This document shows, one piece after another, positions 31,149 through 40,337 of a DNA stretch of 64,000 nt. Each line of letters begins with the position of its first letter. Position 1 is the stretch's first letter. Below the pieces are notes generated by a model. The model made no database searches and was not told the origin of the DNA. It saw only the letters and a list, made by a program, of their open reading frames with translations. The position numbers and the translations under genes are program-made. Location: positions 64,492 through 128,491 of the forward strand of contig JAIYAZ010000075.1 of NCBI GenBank assembly GCA_027488755.1, given 5' to 3'. This stretch comes from Verrucomicrobiaceae bacterium (GTDB lineage: Bacteria > Verrucomicrobiota > Verrucomicrobiia > Chthoniobacterales > JAATET01).

Positions 31149-32984
31149 TCAGGCTCCGTGGCGGGCCCGCGAGCGTGCGAGCCATTTCTCGTAAAGGCGG
31201 TATTCGAGCGGGTTCTCGCGCTGGAGGCGGGCCCGCAGATCGTCGGTGAGGGAAATCAGCTTTTTGAAGCGATCGCCGCCGCCGACATTCTTGCGTTCGC
31301 TGATTTCGGGCAGCCCCAGTTCGCGCATGAGGAGGGACATGTCCTGGTCGAAGGTTTTGAGGGTCGAGACCATCCAGAATTCCTCCAGCACGCCGTCGAC
31401 GATGTCGTGGAGCGTCTCCGGCGAGTAAAGCCAGTAGTCGATCCCGAGGTAGTTGTGGGCGATCCAGAAGACCTGGTAGTCGCGCGGCTCGTTGGCATAC
31501 CACTCGTCGAAGCTGATGACCGGGAGTCCGCGCCGCTCGTGGACGTGCATCCAGAAGTTGTAGTGCGAGACCATGCGTTCGGCGGGTTCGCGCAGGGTGA
31601 TGATCTCGCGGGCCGTTTTGCCGGGAATCGCGCCGCAAAAGGCGCGCTGCACGGCGTGACCAAAGACGACGCGCGCCCGCGAGCGGAGGCGGGCGTCGCG
31701 CCACTGGAAGGGCAGGCTGTGGTCGCGCAGGATGCCCGCTTCATCGGCGAGGTGACGCACGTGGACGTATTCGCCGTAGCCGGCGAGATGTTCCCGGAAG
31801 TGGTGGGCCACGGAGGAGCCGGCGGTCTTCGGAATGTGCGGAAAAACGTAGACGATGTCCGCCCGGCTGGGCGGCGGGGAGGACCACTTTTGCCGCCATT
31901 CGGCGCGTTCCGACTCCGGCAACACGGGTCCGGTGCAGCGGGCCGCCACGCGGTCGAGCAGGTCGGCATCAAGGCACAGGTCGCGCAGTCCCGCCCAACC
32001 GGCCGGAATGGCGGGCGGCGGTGTGAGCCACCCCGGCAGTTCGGGCGCGGCATGCTCGCGTTTGAGGTGGAGCGCCAGCAGATGCAGGCTTTCCAGGCGG
32101 GCGGCAAAGAAGCGGACCGGCCCGTGGCTCCATTCCGAAAAGCCCTTCGCCCCGATCTCGACGGCGGGCGGATTCTCCAGGCCAAAGAAGCGCGAAACTT
32201 CCGCGAGGAACGTCGCGCCATCCGCGGCCCGCGCCAGGGCGGGGCCGAGCGGGGTCGCCGCCGGATTCGCCACCGCGGCCCGCAATCCCTCCTCGAAGGG
32301 TGCGACGGTCGCCGCCTCGCCGTTCACGCGGACAAATTCCTCGGCGCAAACCTCGATCGGGTCGCGCAGGACCACAGCGACGGTGAGCGGAGGCAGGTTC
32401 ATCCCGGCCCCGGCCAGCGAGGCCCGCACCTGCACCAGCGCCGCAAGCGCGCGGGCGCGTCCTTCGGGCAGAGGGAAGGCAACGGGCACCAGCGCGGCCC
32501 CGGCTCCGGTGACCTTCAGAATGTCCGCGGCCTGCTGCGCCGACGAATCGGCCCCGGACACGGCCAGCGTGAGCGGCCCGAAGAGCACCCGTTCCAGAAA
32601 CGCCCCGTCGCTGCCGGCGAGGAGGTCATCCATGCCGGGAATGGCGGCCTTTTGCGCGGCGTCGGCCAGCGCCGCCCGCGCGACGGTGCCGAGGGGCGCG
32701 GAAACTTCGTCGGTCGTGGGCTGGGGCACTCCGGGCACGAAGGCCCGCAGAAAGGCGAGGCCGGCGAGAAAGTCATCAAACGTGTAGCCGGAGCGCGCAA
32801 AGGTGCGGAGCACGTCGGCCTCCGCGGCCGAGCCGGTGTAACCCACCGAGGTGAGGAAGCGATGCGCGCGCGTCGCGTTCTCGGCGGACATGCGGTTGCG
32901 CAGCAGATCCGCCGCGAGGGCGACGAGCCGGCGCGCGCGGTCCGCGCGGCGGGAGAGACGAAGAGAGAAGGAGGAATTCATCAC
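31149..32984 (-). CDS. Large sulfotransferase: ~375-aa unknown N-domain plus ~235-aa sulfotransferase domain
   Basis: C-terminal domain has IVYVFPHIPKTAGSSVAHHF (5'-PSB) and ITLREPAERMVSHYNFW (3'-PB). I recognised no motif in the N-terminal 375 aa. Confidence 0.75.
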   Translation of the reverse strand: MMNSSFSLRLSRRADRARRLVALAADLLRNRMSAENATRAHRFLTSVGYTGSAAEADVLRTFARSGYTFDDFLAGLAFLRAFVPGVPQPTTDEVSAPLGTVARAALADAAQKAAIPGMDDLLAGSDGAFLERVLFGPLTLAVSGADSSAQQAADILKVTGAGAALVPVAFPLPEGRARALAALVQVRASLAGAGMNLPPLTVAVVLRDPIEVCAEEFVRVNGEAATVAPFEEGLRAAVANPAATPLGPALARAADGATFLAEVSRFFGLENPPAVEIGAKGFSEWSHGPVRFFAARLESLHLLALHLKREHAAPELPGWLTPPPAIPAGWAGLRDLCLDADLLDRVAARCTGPVLPESERAEWRQKWSSPPPSRADIVYVFPHIPKTAGSSVAHHFREHLAGYGEYVHVRHLADEAGILRDHSLPFQWRDARLRSRARVVFGHAVQRAFCGAIPGKTAREIITLREPAERMVSHYNFWMHVHERRGLPVISFDEWYANEPRDYQVFWIAHNYLGIDYWLYSPETLHDIVDGVLEEFWMVSTLKTFDQDMSLLMRELGLPEISERKNVGGGDRFKKLISLTDDLRARLQRENPLEYRLYEKWLARSRARHGA

Positions 32985-34984
32985 GCAGGTCCTCCGGCCG
33001 GGGCGGCAGCCGCATGGCGGCTTTGCGCCCGCTCCAGCCAGTGGCGGTAGAGTTTGAAATCGAGCGCGTTGTCGGCCTCAAGCCGTTCGCGCAGGGCGGC
33101 GTCGGCCTCGAAGCGCACAGCGTGGGTGACGCCGCCGACATTCTGTCGACCCTTCATCGGCGGAAGCTGGAGGGCGTCGAAGAGCCGCTGAATGTCGGCT
33201 TCGAACGTGGGGATCGTGCAGACGAGCCAGAAGCCCTCCAGCATCGCGGCGACGCGCTCATACAGCGCGGCCGGCTCGGAGGCGGCGGGATCGAGTTCGA
33301 GGTAGTTCCGCGCGAGCCAGTGGAGGTGGTAGTTGCGCGGCTCGCCGGCATACCACACGTCGAACGGCACGGGTTTTTGCCCGCGTTTTTCGAGCACGTT
33401 CATCCAGAAGTTGTAGTGCGAGACGGTGCGATCCACCGGGTCCCGCAGCGTGGTGATCTCCCGCGCGATTTTTCCGGGCACGAGCGCGGCGTGGCGGCGA
33501 ATGATGCCATGCCCGAAGAGCACGCGGGCGTGCGCCCGTTCGCGGCGGTCCCGAAGCGGGAAGGGCGTGCGTTCGCGGAGTTCCTGCCGGCTCGTGTAAT
33601 CGATGGGGATGTGAACGTAGGCGCGGTCGTATTCGAGGTTGGTCTTGAGGTGGTAGTGCACCGAGGAGCCGGCGGTTTTCGGAATGTGCGGGAAGACGAA
33701 GACCTCCCCCTCCTCGGCGGCGCCGGGCGTGGACCACTTGTGCAGGATCGCCGCGGATTCCTCCGCCGAAAAGAGCCGCTGCGGCAGCGGCTGCGCGCCC
33801 GCGGCGGCCAGGGTTTCCGCCGGGAGAGTCCGCGCGGGCGGCAGGCAGAATTCCGGCGCGAACAGCGTTACGGTTTGCACTAGCCGGGCGCGATCCATGA
33901 CCTCGGCCTCGGGATCGATCACGCCGGCATTTTCGAGCAATCGGCGGGCGACCTGGTGGAGGTTTTCGACGCGGGCGAGCGTGCAGCGAACGCCGTCGTT
34001 CTCGGTCGAGCGCACGGGTTGCGGGGCGGGATCGGCGAACACGGCCGGGGCGTCGCCGGTGAGTTTTTCCACCAACCGCTGCGCCGCCGCGGGATCGGTC
34101 GCGGCGCGGTAAAGGGGGGCGAGGGTTGCACCGGCATCCTCCGCCGCCTGCCAGGCGGGGGCAAAGTCCCGCGCGTCGTGGCCCAGATGCGCCCAGTGCG
34201 CGAGCGCGACGGACACCGGGTCGCCTCCGAGCACGAGAATCTCGATGCGACCGACCGGCCAGCCGCTCCGGGCCGCCGTGCGGCGCAGCGCGATCAGGTG
34301 GCGCGCGAATTCTTCGACTTCGGGCGGATTTTCCGCGGCCGATTCCAAAAGCAGGGCCCCGGCGTAGGCCATGCGGGGCAACGCGGCCCCCTGGCGCACG
34401 GCGGCGGGCACGTGCGCCGGCGGCGGGCAGAGTTGTTCGAGAATGGTCGCCGCGCGCAGCAGGAGCCCGGCGGAGGGAGCGATCACAATCACGATGGGCT
34501 GGAAGAGCAGCGCCGGGCCGTCCTCGAACACAAAGTCCTGCCGCCAGCCCGAGGGACGCCAGCGCCACTGGCGCTCGGGAGCCGCAAACACCGAGGCGAA
34601 ACGAGGCGCCCAGTCCGAGCGGTGGGCCTGGAGGAGCATGGCCTGCGCGAGGGCGCGCCGCCGCAGGGGCATGCCGTCATTGCCAAACCGACGGGCGCGT
34701 TGCGCGGCGGTTTCCGGCGGACCGCCATCGAGGGCGGCCCCCTCCCAATCCTCAATCGTCTTCTGCAGTTGGAGGATGGAGGCGAACTCGGAGAAGGGGC
34801 AAAAGATGCCCGCGCGCCGGTCCAGCGCCGGATCGGACGCGAACGGCCGTTCGCCGCGATCCAGGAGCGTGCGGGCATGGTCCAGCGCGGCGTAGTCGTG
34901 GTTCGCGTCGATTAACCGGTTGAGCAGGCGGTAAAACGCGCGGGCCCGGCCAAGCAGCGAGGGGGAGGATTCAGAGTGGCTCAT
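32981..34984 (-). CDS. Large sulfotransferase paralogue: ~425-aa unknown N-domain plus ~240-aa sulfotransferase domain
   Basis: Internal ATG (aa 43): MSHSESSPSLLGRARAF. C-terminal VFVFPHIPKTAGSSVHYHL and TTLRDPVDRTVSHYNFW. The sulfotransferase domain aligns with the downstream neighbour along its whole length. Confidence 0.75.
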   Translation of the reverse strand: MSHSESSPSLLGRARAFYRLLNRLIDANHDYAALDHARTLLDRGERPFASDPALDRRAGIFCPFSEFASILQLQKTIEDWEGAALDGGPPETAAQRARRFGNDGMPLRRRALAQAMLLQAHRSDWAPRFASVFAAPERQWRWRPSGWRQDFVFEDGPALLFQPIVIVIAPSAGLLLRAATILEQLCPPPAHVPAAVRQGAALPRMAYAGALLLESAAENPPEVEEFARHLIALRRTAARSGWPVGRIEILVLGGDPVSVALAHWAHLGHDARDFAPAWQAAEDAGATLAPLYRAATDPAAAQRLVEKLTGDAPAVFADPAPQPVRSTENDGVRCTLARVENLHQVARRLLENAGVIDPEAEVMDRARLVQTVTLFAPEFCLPPARTLPAETLAAAGAQPLPQRLFSAEESAAILHKWSTPGAAEEGEVFVFPHIPKTAGSSVHYHLKTNLEYDRAYVHIPIDYTSRQELRERTPFPLRDRRERAHARVLFGHGIIRRHAALVPGKIAREITTLRDPVDRTVSHYNFWMNVLEKRGQKPVPFDVWYAGEPRNYHLHWLARNYLELDPAASEPAALYERVAAMLEGFWLVCTIPTFEADIQRLFDALQLPPMKGRQNVGGVTHAVRFEADAALRERLEADNALDFKLYRHWLERAQSRHAAAAPAGGPA

Positions 34985-34997
34985 CGCAGGGAAAGCA

Positions 34998-36170
34998 TCA
35001 GATCGAACGGCTGCGAATGCCGGCGCGCATCGCGAGCGCGCAGAGGCGGGAGCGGGCCATTTCGCGGAGCGCGGCGCGGGCGGCCTCGTCGCCCTGGCAT
35101 TGGTCGGCACCCGTCATCGCCCGCACGCGTTTCATCTCCGCATCGCCCACGGTGTTGATGATGCTGGAGGTTTTCTGGCTCGTGTGGACGCGGAAGAGGC
35201 CAAGAAAATAGGGCAGGCGGACGATGCGGCAGCCGGCGTCCCGGAAGCGGACGAGGAGATCCCAGTCGAGCGCGAATTGAAACGAGGTATCGAGACCTCC
35301 GACCTGCTCCCACGCGGAGCGGCGCCAGAACAAGGTCTCCTGCGGCACAAAGTCAAAGAACGTGAGCGCGCGCGGCTCGTAGGCCGGGAGAATCCAACGG
35401 CCGATCTCGCGGTCCTCCTCGTCGATGATCACCCGGTGGCCGTAAACGACGTCCACGTCGGGGTTCGCGCGGAAGAAATCCACGATGTGGGGCAGCGCCC
35501 CGGGCATGAGCATGTCGTCGGAGTTCAACCAGGCCATGATGTCGCCGGTGGTGCGGCGAAAGCCCTTCACCACGGCGTCGGACTGGCCCTTGTCGGGCTC
35601 GGAGACCCAGGACATCGCCGGGCAGGCCGCGGCTTTTTCGGCGAGGACCTCGGTGGTGCGGTCGGGCGAGGCGCCATCCATCACGATGTATTCGAGCGCG
35701 GGATAGCCCTGCCCGATCACGGAATCAATCGTGCGCCCGATGAACTGGGCCTGCTTGAAGCTGGGGGTCACGATGCTGACCAGCGGCAGATCGCCGCTCA
35801 GCGCGGGGCGGGCGGGAAAACGCTCGGGCCGGAGCGGCACGGGGTCGTGCTGGCGAAGGTTGCCAAGCCGTTGACCGCTGCGGGCGAAGGCGGAGTAGCA
35901 GTTCCAAACCCACCGCTGCGGGCGGCGGATGAGGTGGTAGTGCAGACCGCGCCAGCACTCCGGCCAGGCGATGCCGGGGTTGGTGACGTAGAACAACGGG
36001 CTGCGCATCTGCCAGTGGCGCGTGGCGCGCATGAGTTCGCGGAGCGCACGCTCGCGTTGATCGAGGGATTGGCGGAGTTCCTCGTTTTCGCGTCGGAGTT
36101 CCTCGACGGACATCTCCTCGACGGGCGGGCGCGGCGGGGTTTCGGCCCGCTTGGCGGAGCCGGTGCTCAT
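34998..36170 (-). CDS. Glycosyltransferase family 2 (paralogue 3 of 3) with N-terminal coiled-coil extension
   Basis: N-terminal EEMSVEELRRENEELRQSLDQRERALRELMRA. Then VSIVTPSFKQAQFIGRTIDSVIGQGYPALEYIVMDGASPD...GDIMAWLNSDD...FFDFVPQETLFWRR...FALDWDLL. Confidence 0.85.
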   Translation of the reverse strand: MSTGSAKRAETPPRPPVEEMSVEELRRENEELRQSLDQRERALRELMRATRHWQMRSPLFYVTNPGIAWPECWRGLHYHLIRRPQRWVWNCYSAFARSGQRLGNLRQHDPVPLRPERFPARPALSGDLPLVSIVTPSFKQAQFIGRTIDSVIGQGYPALEYIVMDGASPDRTTEVLAEKAAACPAMSWVSEPDKGQSDAVVKGFRRTTGDIMAWLNSDDMLMPGALPHIVDFFRANPDVDVVYGHRVIIDEEDREIGRWILPAYEPRALTFFDFVPQETLFWRRSAWEQVGGLDTSFQFALDWDLLVRFRDAGCRIVRLPYFLGLFRVHTSQKTSSIINTVGDAEMKRVRAMTGADQCQGDEAARAALREMARSRLCALAMRAGIRSRSI

Positions 36171-37558
36171 TCGGCAGCCTCCCCGGTCGCGGGCGGTTTG
36201 ACTTCCACGGCCTGGTCGTTGAGCTGCCAGACGCGGGGTTGAAAGAAGGGGCCACCGACGCCGTCCCGAATATACGTCACGTCGAATTTCGGCCCCTGGA
36301 AAGCCGCGAGGAGTTCGCGCCGCGAGTGCAGGTGCGCGGTGACCTTGTAGCGGGCCGGCGGGAGGGCAAGCATCGGCAGGGCGATTTGGAGCCGGTGTTC
36401 ACCGGGGGTCAACGGCCCGAGGACCACCCCGTCGCGCCCCGAATTGAGCGTGAGCACGACGACTTCCTGCTGCGTGGCGGCCACGCTGTCCACGCTGGGC
36501 AGGCGGTAGATCGTCACGCGGGCCAGCATTTGCTCAATCGGCTTGGCGACGTCGCAGGTGATTTCAATCGTGCAGACCGAGCCGCACTCCACGCGCGAAA
36601 CCACGGTGCCGCTCGCATCGAGGAGCTCCATGTTCCGGACCTCCAGGATCTGTTCCTCGCTTTCGAGGAGTTCCTCCTCCGCCGGCTCGTTGGCACGCGA
36701 GCGGTTCCGCGGCGCGCGCCGGGTGAGGTAGAGCTCGCGCTCGTATTGTTCGATGACGGCGGGCGCGCCGCCGGTCGCCCGCACCTCGCCCTTGACCATG
36801 TAGATGGCCTGGTCGCAGACGGTGAGCAGGAGATCCGGCGAGTGGTGGACCATGATCATCGCCGTGCCTTGCGAGCGGAGGTTTTCGATCGCCTCCACGC
36901 ATTTTTCCCGGAACTTCAAATCACCGACGGCCAGGACCTCATCGATGAGCATCACGTCGGGCTGGGTGCAGATGGCGCAGGCAAAGCCGAGTCGGGCCAC
37001 CATGCCCGAGCTGTAACTCTGCACGGGGGCATCAAGCGCGTAGCCGATCTCCGCGAAGTCGACGACCTGGTCGAAACGGTCCTTGATCTCCCGCTCGGTC
37101 AGGCCGAGCACGCTCATGTTGATGTGAATGTTCTCGCGGCCGGTGAGCACCGGAATGAAGCCCGCGCCGAGGGCGAGGAGCGGGGCCATGCGGCCGCGGA
37201 CGACGACGCGGCCGGTCGTTGGTTTCACGAGCCCGGAGAGCACGCGCATGAGCGTGGTTTTCCCGCAGCCGTTGAGGCCGACGAGGCCGAGCGTTTGTCC
37301 GGCGTGGAGGGAAAGGTCGACGCCCTGGAGCGCCCAGAATTCCTTGGCCCGCAGCCGGGAGAGGTCCTGCTTGCGGCCAAAGACTTCGCGGCCGATGTCG
37401 GTGACGCCGTAGAGCAGCGAGCGCTTCAGGTCACGGCAGAAGCGCTTCGACACGTCGGTGGCTTCGATCACCGGTGGACGGGCCTGGGTCGGGCCGGCGG
37501 GTGCCGCATCGGGAGGGCCGGCCGGCGTTCCGGGGGGCATGATTTGCGTGGATTCCAT
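36167..37558 (-). CDS. wzt: Polysaccharide ABC exporter ATP-binding protein (Wzt/TagH type) with extended C-terminal domain
   Basis: Walker A GLNGCGKTT, signature YSSGMVARLGFA, Walker B VMLIDEVLAVGD. About 160 extra C-terminal residues (nt ~36170-36661) are rich in beta-strand-like segments, as in Wzt carbohydrate-binding domains. Confidence 0.85.
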   Translation of the reverse strand: MESTQIMPPGTPAGPPDAAPAGPTQARPPVIEATDVSKRFCRDLKRSLLYGVTDIGREVFGRKQDLSRLRAKEFWALQGVDLSLHAGQTLGLVGLNGCGKTTLMRVLSGLVKPTTGRVVVRGRMAPLLALGAGFIPVLTGRENIHINMSVLGLTEREIKDRFDQVVDFAEIGYALDAPVQSYSSGMVARLGFACAICTQPDVMLIDEVLAVGDLKFREKCVEAIENLRSQGTAMIMVHHSPDLLLTVCDQAIYMVKGEVRATGGAPAVIEQYERELYLTRRAPRNRSRANEPAEEELLESEEQILEVRNMELLDASGTVVSRVECGSVCTIEITCDVAKPIEQMLARVTIYRLPSVDSVAATQQEVVVLTLNSGRDGVVLGPLTPGEHRLQIALPMLALPPARYKVTAHLHSRRELLAAFQGPKFDVTYIRDGVGGPFFQPRVWQLNDQAVEVKPPATGEAAE

Positions 37559-37574
37559 CTTGATCAGGTCTCGC

Positions 37575-39026
37575 TCAATTCGCGTTTCGTTTGGTCCGGG
37601 CCGCCCAGGTGCTTTGCACGGCCTCGATCACGTGCTGGCGGAGCGGCTTGGCCCGCTCCTGGTGGTAGCGGCGATTCCATTTTTCGGCGTTGAGCCGGCA
37701 TTCGTTCGCGACGTCGTTCGCGTGTTTGAGCCCGGAGTCGAGGGCGGCGATGTGTTCGCGGAGGGAGGCTTCCACGCCCTCCATGCGGCGCACCTGGCTC
37801 TCGAGATACTCAGCGTAGCCGTAGATGTTCTCGGCCTTGAGGGTCTCGGGCCGGAACTCGCCGGGCACCGCCGGCTTCCCTTCGCGGCCGGCGGCGACGA
37901 CCTCGCGGCAGAATCGGATGAGCCCTTCGCCCCAGAGTCGGCCGCGTTCGCGCTCGGCCGCGAGGGCCGCTTCCTCGGCTTCGGCTCCGGCCCAGCCGGA
38001 TCGGCTCCAGTCCCATTTGGCGAGGATGTCCGCCAGTTTCTCCGGGGCATGGACGCCGAAAAAGGCGGCCGCGGGAGCCTGTTCGCGATGCACGGCGAGG
38101 TCCGAGCAGGCCAGAGGTTTGCCGAGGGCCAGGGCATCCTGCACGGTGGTGCTCCAGCCCTCGAACTCGGAGGGTTGAATGACCAGTGTGGCACCGCGCA
38201 GGAGGGCGAGCAGGTCGTCGTCGGGCACCTCGCCGAGGATGCTCAGGTTGGCATACAGCCGTTCCGTGGAAAGCCGGCGGACGATTTCGGAGATGTGGCT
38301 GTTCGTGGCGTCGCGGGAATCGGACAGCATGCCGACCATCACGACGTGGACGGCGGGGTTGCGGGCGCGGGCGGCGGCGACGGCCTCGACGACGGTGCGG
38401 TGGTTTTTGTGGCGCCAGAATTGATTCACCACGAGGGCAAAGCCGGCCGGCAGGCCGTAGCGGGCGCCGGTTTCGGCGGGGTCGACGGACGGCAGATCAC
38501 TCCGGTAGGCCAGCGAGGAGGGGAAATGCACGCAGGCGCTGAGACCGGGGAATTCCGGATAGAGCTCCCGAAAGTCGGCCCGCACGGCTTCGCTGGAGAA
38601 CATCATGCCGCCGCACTCGTCGATGAGCTTTTGGAAGTGGTGGTCGCGCTGCTGGCGCTGCAGTTCGCGGTAGTAGTGGGGCAGGCGGCGGTGCTGGAAG
38701 TCGGGGATCCAGCCGATGCGGGCGCAGGCGGTGTCGCGGGTGAGGAGTTCGGTGACGGGAAGGACGACGTCGATCCCGCGCTCGCGCACCATGGTCTCGA
38801 TTTCCTTCGGCCCCAGCCGCTCGGCTTCGCTGCGCACGGCCCCGACGCCCGGTGCCAGATCCCGCACGCCGGAGCAGCCGGAAAGGACGCACAGTTCGTC
38901 CCCGGGGGAAAGGGCGCTGGCGAGCGCGCTGGTCACGCTGCGGGTGTAACTGGCCCCGGCGGTCCACGTCGCCTCGCTGCGGTCAATGAATCCGATTTTC
39001 ACGCGTGGAAATGTCAACCAAGGCAC
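37575..39026 (-). CDS. GT4-like glycosyltransferase with C-terminal coiled coil
   Basis: VKIGFIDRS..., VNQFWRHKNH, LVIQPSEFEGWSTTVQDALALGKPLACSD. C-terminal YAEYLESQVRRMEGVEASLREHIAALDSGLKHANDVANECRLNAEKW. GTG start (39026 or 39002). Confidence 0.75.
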   Translation of the reverse strand: MPWLTFPRVKIGFIDRSEATWTAGASYTRSVTSALASALSPGDELCVLSGCSGVRDLAPGVGAVRSEAERLGPKEIETMVRERGIDVVLPVTELLTRDTACARIGWIPDFQHRRLPHYYRELQRQQRDHHFQKLIDECGGMMFSSEAVRADFRELYPEFPGLSACVHFPSSLAYRSDLPSVDPAETGARYGLPAGFALVVNQFWRHKNHRTVVEAVAAARARNPAVHVVMVGMLSDSRDATNSHISEIVRRLSTERLYANLSILGEVPDDDLLALLRGATLVIQPSEFEGWSTTVQDALALGKPLACSDLAVHREQAPAAAFFGVHAPEKLADILAKWDWSRSGWAGAEAEEAALAAERERGRLWGEGLIRFCREVVAAGREGKPAVPGEFRPETLKAENIYGYAEYLESQVRRMEGVEASLREHIAALDSGLKHANDVANECRLNAEKWNRRYHQERAKPLRQHVIEAVQSTWAARTKRNAN

Positions 39027-39170
39027 CGGGCGGCTGCGACGGTGAGCAGGGAGACAACAGGCAAACTTCCGAGGGCCTCAGGGGGCGAAAACAACGGGGT
39101 AATCACGGGGAGTTAATGAGCGCAGAAACCGCCACGGATTGCCAGAAACGAAACGCAAGTCGCCACCGCT

Positions 39171-40337
39171 CTATCGCCGTTTGATTAGCCGGCGCGCGAA
39201 ACGGCCGATGCGCGTTGTCAGAGACACATTTGCCGCATCGATCTCAGCCTGCCGAAGACGTCGGATCTCCTCCTCCAGGCCGCCGGCATGCTGCTGCCAG
39301 GCGTCCCGCCCCTTGGTGAGTCGATCGACCAGATCCCGCAACCGTTCGAGCTCGGCGGATTGTCCGGACCAGCCAAGGCGCTCCGCCCAGGTGGAAAACG
39401 GCAGTTCGGGAGAGTCCTCGGCCCCCCAGCCGAGGAGACGGGCGACCGTCACGGGGTCCTTTTGGCTTGCCCCTCCGAGTTGCTCCCACGCCCAGGCGGG
39501 GTCGCCGACGCCGGCGTCCGGCGGGGCGAAAAACTGCGGAAACGTCTCGCGCACGTAGCCGCGGTGGAGGAGATCGAGATCCCGCTCAAGGATCTGCGGA
39601 TGCTGCTTGTAAAAGGGCTGGTTCTCGTAGTCCTCCCGCCGAAAAACCGGCGGCGGGCCGAAGATCGAAACGCGGCAGCCGAGAAGGGCCGCGTAGGGCA
39701 CGTGGGATCCGATCCAGTTGCTTGTGACGTGGGTGAAGCGGGAGAGCAGGGAGCGGACGCGGCGGAGGGCATTGCGATCGCGAACCTCCGCGCCGTTCAC
39801 CCACGGGATGCCGCGGGCGGCGAGGCCGCCGATCCAAAGGTTCTTTTTTACGCAGCTCGGGTGGATGCAGGCGGCCACGTGGGCAAATCGGGCGAGGTGG
39901 GGATCGATGGCCTCGAAGTAGGCCTGCTCGTCCGGGATGTGCCGGGTCTCGTCGAGCGAGTGGAACGGCATGATGAGAAGACTGTCGGGCAGACGGGGCC
40001 CATCGAATGCGGCCGGCACATAGAGAAACGGGGCGCCGACCGCGACGGACAGCGGCGCCTGATTCGCCCGGAGGAAGGCGGCATCATTCTCCCGGTGGGT
40101 GAGCACGGCCCGGCCGGGACCAGGACCCTGCCAGAGGAACGTTTCGACAAACTGCGGGGGATTGTAGTGCCAGCCATGGGTCCAGACCGCCTGGGGCGTG
40201 GGCGCCGCGGACAGCCCGAGCGCGGCAGCAATGAGGTCGGTTGCGCCGTAGAAGTCCGCCTCGTTGCGCGGCTCCTGGGGCGATACCGGCGGCAGCGAGC
40301 GGAGGATTTCCGCGAACCATGCCGGCGGCTGACTCAT
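39171..40337 (-). CDS. Hypothetical protein (388 aa) with C-terminal coiled coil and basic amphipathic tail
   Basis: Internal ATG (aa 51) overlapping the upstream stop. No motif recognised in the core. C-terminal SAELERLRDLVDRLTKGRDAWQQHAGGLEEEIRRLRQAEIDAA...RIGRFARRLIKRR. Confidence 0.55.
   Translation of the reverse strand: MSQPPAWFAEILRSLPPVSPQEPRNEADFYGATDLIAAALGLSAAPTPQAVWTHGWHYNPPQFVETFLWQGPGPGRAVLTHRENDAAFLRANQAPLSVAVGAPFLYVPAAFDGPRLPDSLLIMPFHSLDETRHIPDEQAYFEAIDPHLARFAHVAACIHPSCVKKNLWIGGLAARGIPWVNGAEVRDRNALRRVRSLLSRFTHVTSNWIGSHVPYAALLGCRVSIFGPPPVFRREDYENQPFYKQHPQILERDLDLLHRGYVRETFPQFFAPPDAGVGDPAWAWEQLGGASQKDPVTVARLLGWGAEDSPELPFSTWAERLGWSGQSAELERLRDLVDRLTKGRDAWQQHAGGLEEEIRRLRQAEIDAANVSLTTRIGRFARRLIKRR

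Noticed and set aside
39027-39170. Promoter-like hexamers in the 144-nt spacer upstream of the GT4-coiled-coil gene.
   Set aside because: No pair has spacing and sequence as good as the typA (TTGACA-N17-CATAGT) or ilvE candidates. It remains only a plausible place for an internal promoter.
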